From Nitrospirota bacterium (lineage in GTDB: Bacteria > Nitrospirota > Nitrospiria > Nitrospirales > Nitrospiraceae), in the NCBI GenBank assembly GCA_030645475.1, contig JAUSMA010000032.1, positions 5,515 to 69,514 of the forward strand: a DNA stretch of 64,000 nucleotides, written 5' to 3'. The notes beneath the pieces are model-generated. The model was given only the letters and a program-made list of their open reading frames with translations, was not told where the DNA came from and searched no databases. The translations under genes were made by a program, and so were the position numbers. The stretch's first letter is position 1; every line of letters starts with the position of its first letter. Shown here one piece after another: positions 28,213 to 37,973 of this stretch.

Positions 28213-28827
28213 ATGAAACGCCCGGCCTCGCCAGCAGAACAGCAGGCACAGCAACGATTCGGCAGCAATGCCCGCGCGGCAGCGTTTTATGCCAATCAGA
28301 TGCTGGACTATCTGAATCCCCTGATGCAGCAGTTCATCGCGCGGCAGGAAATGATCTTCATCGCCACGGCCGATGCGGCGGGCCATTGCGATTGCTCCTT
28401 TCGCGCCGGCACGCCGGGATTCGTGCAGGTGCTCGATCAGAAGACCGTCGCCTACCCGGAATATCGGGGCAACGGCGTCCTGGCCAGCGTGGGGAATATT
28501 CTAGAAAACCCGCAGATCGGGATGATCTTTCTCGACTATTATCAGAGCACGGTGGGGTTACACGTGAATGGAGCCGCCAGGGTCCTCAGCCCCGATGACC
28601 TCACGACCATCCCCCATCTTCCAGCCAGCATGGTCGAAGCCTCTCGAATGAAGGGAGGCCGCCGTCCGGAAGCCTGGATCATCATCGACGTCGAAGAAGC
28701 GTATATCCACTGCTCCAAACATGTGCCCCTCATGAAGCGACAGGATAAACAGATCGCCTGGGGGACAGACGACGAGTCTGTGAAAGGCGGAGATTTCTTC
28801 AAAACGAAACCGGCTCCCCGACTGTAA
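28213..28827 (+). CDS. Pyridoxamine 5'-phosphate oxidase-family (FMN-binding split-barrel) protein
   Basis: ATG at 28213 after AGGAG. FIATADAAGHCDCSFRAG..GFV, YPEYRGNG and GNILENPQIGMIFLD are typical of PNPOx-like proteins. Confidence 0.7.
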   Translation: MKRPASPAEQQAQQRFGSNARAAAFYANQMLDYLNPLMQQFIARQEMIFIATADAAGHCDCSFRAGTPGFVQVLDQKTVAYPEYRGNGVLASVGNILENPQIGMIFLDYYQSTVGLHVNGAARVLSPDDLTTIPHLPASMVEASRMKGGRRPEAWIIIDVEEAYIHCSKHVPLMKRQDKQIAWGTDDESVKGGDFFKTKPAPRL

Positions 28828-28938
28828 CGCCGAAACATATCCCCCCTTTTATGGGCCTTGCTTTTTTCACCCCTGCTCTTGCATGCTCCCACTTCCTGAC
28901 GGTCACAGCACTACGACGACAATAAACAAGGAGTCTTC

Positions 28939-29541
28939 ATGTCCGATGAATTGCACTCGCGCCGAATCGATGTCTTAGCCATTGGCCTGTTCGGACTGGC
29001 GGTCGGCGCCCTCACCCTGGGCGTTGCACAGTTGGGAGGGATTCCGGCTCGAGATCACGTGGGTACGTTAGTCATCGCCCTGATCTTCGGCGGCATCGTG
29101 CAAATTCTCGCCGGAATTACCGACATCCGTTACCACGAGCAACTCGGCGGGACGGCACTCACGATGTACGGTTTCTTCTGGACCACCGTCTGCACGGCCA
29201 AGCTGGTCAGTGCGAGCACTAATTTTCAGATCGACATGGTGCTCTTCGCCCCGATCAACTTGGTCTATTTCTTCTTTTCAGCCGTCATGGTGTACCTAAC
29301 CGCCTACCGGAATACGACGCTCTGCGCCCTGCACCTCGTCATCACCGCGACGTTCTTGCTCACCTTCCTGGCCCGCCTCGATCAAATCAGCGAATTCCTC
29401 CCTGGCGTCTTCCACATTCTCGTCGGAACCATGGCGTTCTACCACGCGGTCGCCAGCCTCACGACTGCCTTCACCGGCCACCCCCTGCTCCCGCTGGGGC
29501 CACCACTCTTGCACCATCGGCCGGCGCCAGCACGCCGCTAG
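28939..29541 (+). CDS. GPR1/FUN34/YaaH-family (acetate/succinate channel, SatP-like) membrane protein
   Basis: Six TM helices. Family motif IFGGIVQILAGITDIRYHEQLGGTALTMYGFFW. Confidence 0.7.
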   Translation: MSDELHSRRIDVLAIGLFGLAVGALTLGVAQLGGIPARDHVGTLVIALIFGGIVQILAGITDIRYHEQLGGTALTMYGFFWTTVCTAKLVSASTNFQIDMVLFAPINLVYFFFSAVMVYLTAYRNTTLCALHLVITATFLLTFLARLDQISEFLPGVFHILVGTMAFYHAVASLTTAFTGHPLLPLGPPLLHHRPAPARR

Positions 29542-29573
29542 CAGAGAAATTCGTTGTTCGTATCCCGTGGGGA

Positions 29574-29693
29574 GCGGAGCTGACAGCTAATAGCGTATAG
29601 CGAATGGCAAGCGCGCAAGGTAGGGATGGTACCATGTCACAGAAAATAGGATGGTCTCCGTTCGGGCTATCGGCCATCAGCCATATGCTCTTT
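29574..29693. repeat. Inverted pair of heptamer arrays flanking a 57-nt spacer
   Basis: Left array, 29574-29608: gcggagc tgacagc taatagc gtatagc gaatggc. Right array, 29666-29693, opposite orientation: gctatcg gccatca gccatat gctcttt. The pair lies between convergent genes. Confidence 0.8.
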
Positions 29694-29727
29694 TCTTCGA
29701 ACGAGCAACCAACGAAACTGCCGCCTG

Positions 29728-32148
29728 CTACTTCTGCTGCTTGGCACGAGCAAGCGCCAGCGCCATAGCCATCGTCCCGGCCGGCTGCGGCTGGCGTTCC
29801 GAAGCATGCTGAGGTGCGGACGGACGCCGGTCACGTTGGTCGCGTACGGCTCCCGTAGAGGCCTCGGCTGGCACGCGGCTTGAAGCCGAAGCCATACCTG
29901 GCACATCGTCGAGGCGCATAGTCAAGCTGATGCGCTGGCGCTTCACGTCGACTTCCAGCACCTTCACCTTCACAATCTGGCCAGGCTTCACGATCTCATG
30001 GGGGTCTTTGATGAACTTGTTGGCCAGCGCCGATACGTGCACGAGACCGTCCTGATGCACCCCGATGTCGACGAAGGCGCCGAAGGCCGCGACGTTCGTC
30101 ACGACGCCTTCGAGGACCATGCCGGGGTGCAGGTCGGTCAGCGACTCGATGCCCTCCTGGAATGTGGCCGTTTTAAATTCCGGGCGCGGATCGCGGCCCG
30201 GTTTTTCTAACTCGGTCAAAATGTCGCGCACCGTCGGCACCCCGAATTTCTCATCGGTAAAGTCGGCGGGAGATAATCCCTTCAGCACCGCCGGCTGACC
30301 CATCACGTCCATCATGCCTTTGCCGATGCGCGCGAGAATGCGCTCGACCACCGGATAGGCTTCCGGGTGGACCGAGGAGCGATCCAGCGGATTGTCGCCG
30401 TCATTGATGCGCAGAAAACCGGCGGCCTGCTCGAACGTCTTGTCGCCCAGACGCGGTACCTTGCGGATCGTGGTACGGTTCACAAAAGGGCCGTTCGCAT
30501 CGCGGTACTCGACGATATTCTTCGCCAGCACCTTATTCAAACCCGACACCCGCTCAAGCAACGGAGCCGAAGCCGTATTGACGTCCACACCGACAGCGTT
30601 CACGCAATCTTCGACGGTGGCATCCAGTGATCGTGCCAACGCCTTTTGGTTCACATCGTGCTGATATTGACCGACGCCGATGGCCTTGGGATCGATCTTC
30701 ACCAGCTCTGCCAGCGGGTCTTGCAGACGACGGGCAATGGAAACGGCCCCGCGCAGACTGACATCCAATTCGGGAAACTCAGCCGCGGCAAAGGCCGACG
30801 CTGAATAGACCGATGCGCCGGCTTCGCTGACTACGATCTTGGCTACTTTCTGCTCCGGCTTGTGCGCTACAACTAATTTGATGACCTCGATGGCCAGCTT
30901 GTCGGTCTCCCGACTGCCCGTACCATTGCCGATCGAAATCAGTTCGACGCCATGTTGCACAACCAGCCGTGCGAGAGTCGCCAGCGATCCCTGCCAGTCA
31001 TTGCGCGGCTGGAGCGGATACACGGTCGTGGTCTCCAGCAACTTGCCGGTCGCATCCACCACCGCCACTTTGCAACCGGTGCGGATACCGGGATCGAGGC
31101 CGAGCACGGCCTTCGGTCCCGCCGGCGCCGCCAGCAATAACTCGTGCAGATTGCGGCCAAAAATCTTGATCGCCTCGGCTTCCGCCGCTTCGCGTAATTG
31201 CACCAGCAACTCCACCGTGAGATGCAAGAGCACCTTCACACGCCAGGTCCAATCGCAGACACCCATCAGCCACTTATCCGCGCGACGGCCACGGTCTTCG
31301 ATGCCGACATGCGCCGCAATGGTGGCGATGCAGGGATGCGGCACGACCGTTTCCAATGCCTCGCCCAGGCCCAAATCAATCTTCAAGACGCCCAACGCGC
31401 GGCCCCGGAATAGCGCCAGCGCGCGATGCGATGGGATGGTGCGAATGGTCTCGGAATAGGCGTAGTAATCGCGGAACTTTTCTTCCTCCGCCATTTCCTG
31501 GCCCTTCATCACGGTGGACGTGACGACGCCCTGGTCCCAGAGGCGGGTCCGCAACTTGGCGAGCAACTCGGCGGTCTCGGCAAACCGCTCGACCAGAATG
31601 TCCCGCGCACCTTCAAGCGCAGATTTGGCGTCCGGCACGTTGATGGCTTCGACGCCCTCAGCCGCAGGCTTCACATTCAAATACTTCGCGGCCTCCAGCT
31701 CAGGATCGAGCGTCGGATCGGCAAACAGGCCATCGGCCAATGGCTCCAATCCTGCTTCGCGCGCAATCTGCGCCCGCGTGCGGCGCTTAGGCTTGTAGGG
31801 CAAATAGAGGTCTTCCAATGTTTGTTTGGTCGCAGCGGCTTCAATGGTGCCACGAAGCAGATCTGTGAGCTTCCCCTGCTCCTCGATCGAGGCCAGAATC
31901 GCGGTACGGCGCAGCTCCAATTCGCGCAGATACAGGAGCCGTTCCTCCAACGTGCGCAAATGGGTATCGTCCAGGTTGCCGGTCACCTCCTTGCGATAGC
32001 GCGCGATAAACGGCACGGTCGAACCCTCGTCGAGCAGGGCTACCGCGGCCGCCACTTGATGCGGTCCGACACCAAGTTCCTTGGCGATGAGTGGAATAAT
32101 CTTGAGCTGCGCCGCATCTGAAACTGGCTGGGTCGTTAGAGAAACCAT
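29728..32148 (-). CDS. tex: Tex-like transcription accessory protein (YqgF/RuvC-like, HhH and S1 domains)
   Basis: 806 aa. N-terminal Tex motif ([10 protein letters not shown]), central YqgF-like region, and a C-terminal S1 domain ([31 protein letters not shown]). Confidence 0.9.
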   Translation of the reverse strand: MVSLTTQPVSDAAQLKIIPLIAKELGVGPHQVAAAVALLDEGSTVPFIARYRKEVTGNLDDTHLRTLEERLLYLRELELRRTAILASIEEQGKLTDLLRGTIEAAATKQTLEDLYLPYKPKRRTRAQIAREAGLEPLADGLFADPTLDPELEAAKYLNVKPAAEGVEAINVPDAKSALEGARDILVERFAETAELLAKLRTRLWDQGVVTSTVMKGQEMAEEEKFRDYYAYSETIRTIPSHRALALFRGRALGVLKIDLGLGEALETVVPHPCIATIAAHVGIEDRGRRADKWLMGVCDWTWRVKVLLHLTVELLVQLREAAEAEAIKIFGRNLHELLLAAPAGPKAVLGLDPGIRTGCKVAVVDATGKLLETTTVYPLQPRNDWQGSLATLARLVVQHGVELISIGNGTGSRETDKLAIEVIKLVVAHKPEQKVAKIVVSEAGASVYSASAFAAAEFPELDVSLRGAVSIARRLQDPLAELVKIDPKAIGVGQYQHDVNQKALARSLDATVEDCVNAVGVDVNTASAPLLERVSGLNKVLAKNIVEYRDANGPFVNRTTIRKVPRLGDKTFEQAAGFLRINDGDNPLDRSSVHPEAYPVVERILARIGKGMMDVMGQPAVLKGLSPADFTDEKFGVPTVRDILTELEKPGRDPRPEFKTATFQEGIESLTDLHPGMVLEGVVTNVAAFGAFVDIGVHQDGLVHVSALANKFIKDPHEIVKPGQIVKVKVLEVDVKRQRISLTMRLDDVPGMASASSRVPAEASTGAVRDQRDRRPSAPQHASERQPQPAGTMAMALALARAKQQK

Positions 32149-32536
32149 CTACGTCTGTGACCGATCTTTCCGAACGCGCTACCGCACCAAATGTTGGTCA
32201 CTCGGAGACAGCGCCTTCTGGTTATATATGTGTGTGCGTTGGAGATCTTGATTGGTGGAACTCGACCGCGCCTCCCGACTTCGAGACGCTGACCAAGGTA
32301 GAGGCACCATGGCCGCGGACCACCAGACAGTCACAATCAAACCTGCACGGGCATCAGTCTAGCAGGAGGCACGGCCACTGTAAAACCCATGCACCAGCTC
32401 ACGACGACACCTGCGAGAATCATGCGCATGACGCATCTCGTGGTCACGCCGCTTCGAGTGAATCCTGTCGCATTACGCCAACTCTTCCCGGTATGTTACC
32501 TGTGACAGACCAACGGATTGCACGCAGGAACTCGCC

Positions 32537-34048
32537 ATGGAACGGCTGACCGAATCTACAGACACACCATCAGCCCTGCGACAGCCCGGCACAATCCTCC
32601 TCATCTCTTGTTATGAACTCGGGCACCAACCCATCGGTATCGCTCAGCCGATGGGATTTCTCGAACAGGCCGGATTTGCGCCGACCGGGCTCGACATCGC
32701 GATTGATGACCTGGATGAAGCGGCCCTCCGGCTAGCACACTTTGTCGGCATCTCAGTGCCCATGCATACAGCGCTCCGGCTGGGCGTGCGGGTCGCCGAA
32801 TTGATCCGGACGATGAATCCCACCTGCCACATCTGTTTCTACGGGCTGTATGCCTCAATCAATACGGACTATTTGCTCCAGAAACTGGCCGACTCTGTCG
32901 TGGGGGGAGAATATGAGCTTCCTCTACGGTCACTCATCGAGACACTCGATCGGAATCAGACCATCAGCCTCCTCGAAGGAGTGAGTTCTCGACACCAAGT
33001 GGTCAGCCCCTCGCTGCAGCGTGGATATGCCTCAACGGTTCCGTACCCCATCCCAAGTCGCAGAGGGCTCCCGATGTTGGACCGGTATGCCCGGCTCGAA
33101 GAGCAGGGTGCCGAACGGCTGGTCGGATACGTCGAGGCCAGCCGCGGATGTCTCCATCGCTGTCTTCATTGCCCAATCGTGCCGGTCTATGACGGACGCT
33201 TCGTGCTCGTCCCGGAATCCGTCGTCCTGGAAGACATCAGGCGCCAGGTGCAAGCAGGCGCCACCCATATCACGTTTGGCGATCCGGATTTCTTAAACGG
33301 CCCAGGGCATTCACTGAGTATCGTTCGCGCCATGCACGGAGAGTTCCCACGCCTGACGTTCGATTTCACCGCAAAAATCGAGCATCTTTTGAAGCGCCGT
33401 GCCCTGATGCCGGACTTGCGCGCGCAGGGATGCCTGTTCGTTATCTCTGCCGTGGAATCGTTTAGCGACTCTGTGCTGAATCTCCTACAGAAGGGACATA
33501 CAGGCGCTGACGTGATTGCGGCACTCGGCATGCTGCGTGAAGTCGGCATCGCCCTTCGCCCCTCGCTCGTGGCCTTTACCCCCTGGACCAGCTTGGACGA
33601 TTACCTCTACATGTTAGACATGGTGGAAACAGAGGACCTGATCGATGCGACCGATCCGGTACAACTGAGCATTCGCCTCTTGGTTCCTCCAGGATCGGCG
33701 CTGCTCAACCAATCTGACATTCGACGGTTTCTCGGTGCGCTCGATCAGGCCGGCTTTCAATATCCCTGGACACATCCGGACGAGCGGATGGATCGGCTGC
33801 ATCAGGCGGTAAGTGGGATCGTGGAGGCCAGTGCGAAGGACGAGACAGACGCAATGCTGACCTTTGATCGCATTCGTACGGCGGCCCATGAGATGGCCGG
33901 ACGTCGAGTTGAGCCCTCGACTCGTCCAATGCCTGCCAGGCCCGATCGCCCGAAACCGCCTCGTCTCACGGAGTCCTGGTTCTGCTGCGCTGAACCAACG
34001 ACCCGACAATTCAAGCCGCTCCTGACAAAGGGGCATGGAGAGATCTAG
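32537..34048 (+). CDS. B12-binding-domain-type radical SAM protein with C-terminal CCAEP tail
   Basis: N-terminal Rossmann-like, B12-binding-type region. CX3CX2C at residues 205-212 (GCLHRCLHC, nt 33149-33172). The C-terminal tail WFCCAEPT has its Cys-Cys pair at nt 33983-33988. Confidence 0.75.
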   Translation: MERLTESTDTPSALRQPGTILLISCYELGHQPIGIAQPMGFLEQAGFAPTGLDIAIDDLDEAALRLAHFVGISVPMHTALRLGVRVAELIRTMNPTCHICFYGLYASINTDYLLQKLADSVVGGEYELPLRSLIETLDRNQTISLLEGVSSRHQVVSPSLQRGYASTVPYPIPSRRGLPMLDRYARLEEQGAERLVGYVEASRGCLHRCLHCPIVPVYDGRFVLVPESVVLEDIRRQVQAGATHITFGDPDFLNGPGHSLSIVRAMHGEFPRLTFDFTAKIEHLLKRRALMPDLRAQGCLFVISAVESFSDSVLNLLQKGHTGADVIAALGMLREVGIALRPSLVAFTPWTSLDDYLYMLDMVETEDLIDATDPVQLSIRLLVPPGSALLNQSDIRRFLGALDQAGFQYPWTHPDERMDRLHQAVSGIVEASAKDETDAMLTFDRIRTAAHEMAGRRVEPSTRPMPARPDRPKPPRLTESWFCCAEPTTRQFKPLLTKGHGEI

Positions 34049-34084
34049 AATGTTGGTGGCGTCACATCTATAGGGGGATGAATC

Positions 34085-34807
34085 GTGCAAGCTGAACTGA
34101 TGACACAAGGCACCAAGATCCAGGAACTATTGGGGTTGAAGCAACCGGCAGTGGCAATTGCGTTTCGAGACACAGTCCCGGCGGATATTCCACAGGTCAC
34201 CACCCCGGCGCCGGCAGGATGCGGCTATTGGAAGCTCGCCGCGGAAGGCCAGACCTTCTATACCGAAGCCTCGGATCACTATACCTGCCCGGTCGGTGCC
34301 CATACCCACGGGGTAGAACTCCCGCCGCAGGTCGCGACTGAGCTCAACGGACTCGTCCAGACCATGGTAGGGATGCAGTACCTCACGATGGCCGATATTC
34401 CAATGATCCCACGCCGACAGGGAGCCTTTCGCGTGGCCCTCTACGCGCCGGTGACAAAGGCAACCTTCGCCCCAGACCTGGTACTGATCCGGGGAACCGT
34501 CAGGCAACTGATGCTCCTGGCAGAGGCAGCGCAGTCCGCCGGTATCGCAGGTGGAAACGCCACCATGGGACGGCCGACCTGCGCCGTCATTCCGGAAACA
34601 CTGCAATCGGGACAGACGGCCAGCAGTTTTGGCTGCATCGGCAACCGCGTCTACACTGGGCTCGGGGATGACGAAGGCTATTATACGATCCCAGGCGCAA
34701 AACTGGCCGACGTGGTAGATAAACTGTCGATCATCGCCGAGGCGAATCGGCAGTTGGAAGCCTTTCACCGAAGCCGCGCAGGAACAGCCGCCCCTATCGC
34801 CGGCTAA
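34085..34807 (+). CDS. DUF169 (COG2043) family protein
   Basis: PVAIAF...AGCGYW...FYT...HYTCPVGAHTHG and a later CxG/GC...R motif match my memory of DUF169. GTG start at 34085; an alternative ATG is at 34100. Confidence 0.65.
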   Translation: MQAELMTQGTKIQELLGLKQPAVAIAFRDTVPADIPQVTTPAPAGCGYWKLAAEGQTFYTEASDHYTCPVGAHTHGVELPPQVATELNGLVQTMVGMQYLTMADIPMIPRRQGAFRVALYAPVTKATFAPDLVLIRGTVRQLMLLAEAAQSAGIAGGNATMGRPTCAVIPETLQSGQTASSFGCIGNRVYTGLGDDEGYYTIPGAKLADVVDKLSIIAEANRQLEAFHRSRAGTAAPIAG

Positions 34808-34816
34808 ACAGATATC

Positions 34817-36109
34817 ATGCCGAGACTGCTCTTCCTTCTGCCGGCCACGACCTACCGGGCAGAGGCATTCCTCGAAGCGGCCCGCCTGGTGCCCGTCTCA
34901 GTGACCGTGGGCATGGAGCGGGTTCCCGAAGGCTTTCCGATCGCCTCTGGCGACGTCTTGCTGCTCGACCTGTATCATCCAGAAGCAGCCACACACACCG
35001 TCGTCGAATTCGCCAGACAGCACCCGATCGATGCGGTGATCGGCGTCGACGACAGAACCGCCGTCGTTGCCGCAGTTATCGCAGAAGCCCTGGGGCTCCC
35101 CCACAATTCTATTGCCTCCGTCACTGCCACCAGCAATAAGCGCGAGATGCGGGAGCGACTATCCAGGCAGGGCATTCCCGTGCCCCACCACCGCGTCTAC
35201 CCCCTCAATGGTGATCCACGGGCGCTCGCAAAACAGGTTGACTATCCCTGCGTCCTGAAACCGTTGATCCTCTCCGCCAGTTGTGGGGTCATTCGTGCGA
35301 ACGATGAGGAAGAGTTTTGTATGGCCTTCCACCGTGTCGGCGCACTCCTCACCAACTTGGGGTGGGTTGCGCGCGACGAGCAGGCCCGTTGGATCCTCGC
35401 CGAGGATTTTGTACCTGGATGCGAAGTGGCATTGGAGGGGTTACTCACGAACGGCACATTGCAACCGTTGGCGCTCTTCGACAAACCCGACCCGCTCGAT
35501 GGCCCTTTTTTCGAAGAGACGATCTATGTGACCCCTTCGCGCCTTCCGGCTGAGATCCAGCAACAGATTTTCGACTGTGCGGCGCGAACGGCGCAGGCGT
35601 TGGGACTACGGGAAGGGCCGGTGCATGGAGAGTTTCGTGTGAATACCGACGGCGTGTGGGTTATTGAGATGGCGGCGCGGGCAATCGGTGGCCGCTGTTC
35701 CAGTATGCTGGATTTCGCCTCCGGCATGTCACTCGAAGAACTGATCATCCGTCACGCGCTGCGGATGCCGCTACCGCCTTTGACCAGACAGGAACATGCG
35801 ACGGGAGTTATGATGCTTCCTATTCCATACGGTGGCAAGCTGAGCGACGTGCGGGGACAAACTGAAGCGAGAGCCATACCAGGGATTGTCGAACTGACGA
35901 TCACCGCACAGTCTGGCGATGAACTCGTCCCGCTTCCTGAGGGAACGCGATATCTGGGATTTCTGCTGGCACGAGGCAAGACCCCGGAGGAGGTTGAGCA
36001 GTCGCTACGGAATGCACACCGCCGATTGACGGTCGTCATCTCGGCTTCACCGTTGGCGCAGAACGAGTCGCCGCCACCAACGCCGCAATCCCGAGCTATG
36101 CGTTTCTGA
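34817..36109 (+). CDS. ATP-grasp enzyme (carboxylate-amine/L-amino-acid-ligase-like)
   Basis: 430 aa. The pre-ATP-grasp domain is followed by NKREMRERL...YPCVLKP...AEDFVPGCEVALEG...GPVHGEFRV...VIEMAARAIGG. Confidence 0.75.
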   Translation: MPRLLFLLPATTYRAEAFLEAARLVPVSVTVGMERVPEGFPIASGDVLLLDLYHPEAATHTVVEFARQHPIDAVIGVDDRTAVVAAVIAEALGLPHNSIASVTATSNKREMRERLSRQGIPVPHHRVYPLNGDPRALAKQVDYPCVLKPLILSASCGVIRANDEEEFCMAFHRVGALLTNLGWVARDEQARWILAEDFVPGCEVALEGLLTNGTLQPLALFDKPDPLDGPFFEETIYVTPSRLPAEIQQQIFDCAARTAQALGLREGPVHGEFRVNTDGVWVIEMAARAIGGRCSSMLDFASGMSLEELIIRHALRMPLPPLTRQEHATGVMMLPIPYGGKLSDVRGQTEARAIPGIVELTITAQSGDELVPLPEGTRYLGFLLARGKTPEEVEQSLRNAHRRLTVVISASPLAQNESPPPTPQSRAMRF

Positions 36110-36147
36110 CGACGGCTCCGCCACCCGCCCAGGCAGCCGGTTGGTCG

Positions 36148-36582
36148 CTAGCTCGGCTTCTTCTTGGCCTCCGCGGTCGTGCTCCGCGACCATTCTTCCA
36201 GGCTCTTGCCCTGGGCCGCCACATCCGCCATGCCGGTCATATCATGCACCCATGCGCCCTGCACGAGCTCACCATCGTCAACGATGCTTTTTTTGATGGC
36301 CTCGAACTCTTTGTCAAACCGTTCGGGAGCTTGCTCAAGGATGCGCCGGATCTTCCACTTCGTCACGGGTTTGCCGTCCGCATCCAAATCACACCCGTAA
36401 TGGACGAGATCCACCTTGCCGGTCTCAAGCATCTTGGCCAACATGCGATAGGTCACGCCTGAGCTGGATTGAACCAGCGCGGCCTTATAGAGACGCTCGC
36501 ATTTGGTCGGATCCACTTCTAACGATGTCAGATCTTCGATCACCTTGGCTGCAACATCAGGGGCTGTCTCGACTTCTCCCAT
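36148..36582 (-). CDS. Hypothetical protein (144 aa)
   Basis: ATG at 36582 with a strong GGAGGAG 7 nt upstream. The protein is acidic and globular-looking. I recognise no family. Confidence 0.55.
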   Translation of the reverse strand: MGEVETAPDVAAKVIEDLTSLEVDPTKCERLYKAALVQSSSGVTYRMLAKMLETGKVDLVHYGCDLDADGKPVTKWKIRRILEQAPERFDKEFEAIKKSIVDDGELVQGAWVHDMTGMADVAAQGKSLEEWSRSTTAEAKKKPS

Positions 36583-36729
36583 TGTAGTTCTCCTCCGTAC
36601 AGGGGTTGAGCCTCGTGGCCAATCACACCCGTGACCCTAGCAGACTCCTCTTGAACAGAGCAAGGCAACCGCAGGCGACGGCCTACGATCGGTCAGCAGG
36701 CTAGAACGCATACGCCGTTCAGCAACCAT

Positions 36730-37866
36730 TCATTCCCGGAAGATCGGACAGAGGCTCTGAGACATCCCGCTCCACCGGGTGGAGCACCTCTTGAACGCAA
36801 GCGCCCGCCGCTCAATGAGGTGCCAAGACAGGACCGCGAGTGAGAGGGTGATGCAGGCGGAGATGAGGAACAACAGCAAAACCGAAACTCCAGGAATCAA
36901 GACTACAACCGACTGCTGAACGGGAAAGGCATAGATATAGACGCCATAGGAATAGTCGCCGACACGATTGTAGGTCCTGACAGGTCCGGCAGGAATGTAG
37001 GCCAGATACAACACCGAATAGGCAATGGTCAGCAGATAGACGACAAAGAATAGGCGGGGGCCGACCAAAGCCGATGCCAGCAGTCCAATCGCACAGAAAC
37101 AGAAACACCCATGAGAAAGCGCGATCCGTTCTTTCAGAAGAAAGCAGGCGGCACCGGAGAAAAACATAAAGAACAGTGAGACGAATTGGTCGGCGGGAAG
37201 ACCCTCGATGTGGCGCACGAGCACGAACAGCCCTGCCGCAAGGGTCGCGGACACAATCGCTGTTGAAAATGCTCTGTCGCCGATGTTCTGAATTCGCCGA
37301 CAGACCAGCCAGACCACCAGGACGATGGCATACATGCGGATCTCATAGGGCAGAGACCACAGAGACCCATTGACGGCGCTTTTGAACGGGTTGTCCATAA
37401 AGACTCCCGGCAGGTTGTACCAGACACCGCTGACGAGGGTGGCGCATTTTAACAAGTACCCATAGGTCCCAGCATCCGTGAGATAGGCGGAGAGAGGCCA
37501 TGAGGTCAAGAAGGGACCGAGCCCGAACACGGTCAGGAGCAACATGACCAGCAGAGCCGGAAAGACTCTCAAGAATCTGGCCCAGAGAAATTCGCGCGCA
37601 TTCTGCCTCGTCAATAGGCTGCCCGTGACGAGAAAGCCGCTCGTCACGAAAAACACGTCAACCGCAATCGTGCCCATGGTCATGCCAAGACTGTCTCGGA
37701 ACGGCTCGGCAGCCCCAGTCCCGATCGCCAAGGCAAAACTGTGGGTAACCAGCACGGCAAACGCCGCCACGATACGAAGCAGGTTGAAATTATTGTCACG
37801 GCCTTGCGAATAGTTAGACAATGTCACCGGATAGAGCCTCACACCTGTACGATATCCTGCCAGCAT
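36730..37866 (-). CDS. Acyltransferase family 3 (integral-membrane O-acyltransferase)
   Basis: About 10 TM helices. N-terminal NFNLLRIVAAFAVLVTHSF motif typical of the Acyl_transf_3 family. Confidence 0.8.
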   Translation of the reverse strand: MLAGYRTGVRLYPVTLSNYSQGRDNNFNLLRIVAAFAVLVTHSFALAIGTGAAEPFRDSLGMTMGTIAVDVFFVTSGFLVTGSLLTRQNAREFLWARFLRVFPALLVMLLLTVFGLGPFLTSWPLSAYLTDAGTYGYLLKCATLVSGVWYNLPGVFMDNPFKSAVNGSLWSLPYEIRMYAIVLVVWLVCRRIQNIGDRAFSTAIVSATLAAGLFVLVRHIEGLPADQFVSLFFMFFSGAACFLLKERIALSHGCFCFCAIGLLASALVGPRLFFVVYLLTIAYSVLYLAYIPAGPVRTYNRVGDYSYGVYIYAFPVQQSVVVLIPGVSVLLLFLISACITLSLAVLSWHLIERRALAFKRCSTRWSGMSQSLCPIFRE

Positions 37867-37973
37867 CGCAGCATTCGGCCAAGCGATTTCACCGCAGGCT
37901 CACCTTACTGGGTTCGGGCTAGATCTCAGACTATGACTCCGTTACACTCCGTCACCTTGAACAGGAGCGATCG

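Noticed and set aside
32254-32381. Cobalamin-riboswitch-like fragments (GGTGGAAcTCgaCCgcGC..CCCG at 32254-32277, AGCAGGAGGCAC and GCCACTGT at 32361-32381) upstream of a B12-type radical SAM gene
   Set aside because: The AGGGAA element is missing. The B12-box-like and GCCACTG elements are in the wrong relative order and spacing. A cmsearch with RF00174 would settle it; without that, the match is not credible.
32157-32549. 130-aa His-rich ORF (..HGHQSSRRHGHCKTHAPAHDD..HAHD..) in the tex/rSAM divergent region
   Set aside because: It needs a GTG start only 9 nt from the divergent tex start, and has no SD. Its composition looks like translated GC-rich non-coding DNA, it has no internal Met, and it overlaps the rSAM start. 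I treat it as a spurious ORF.
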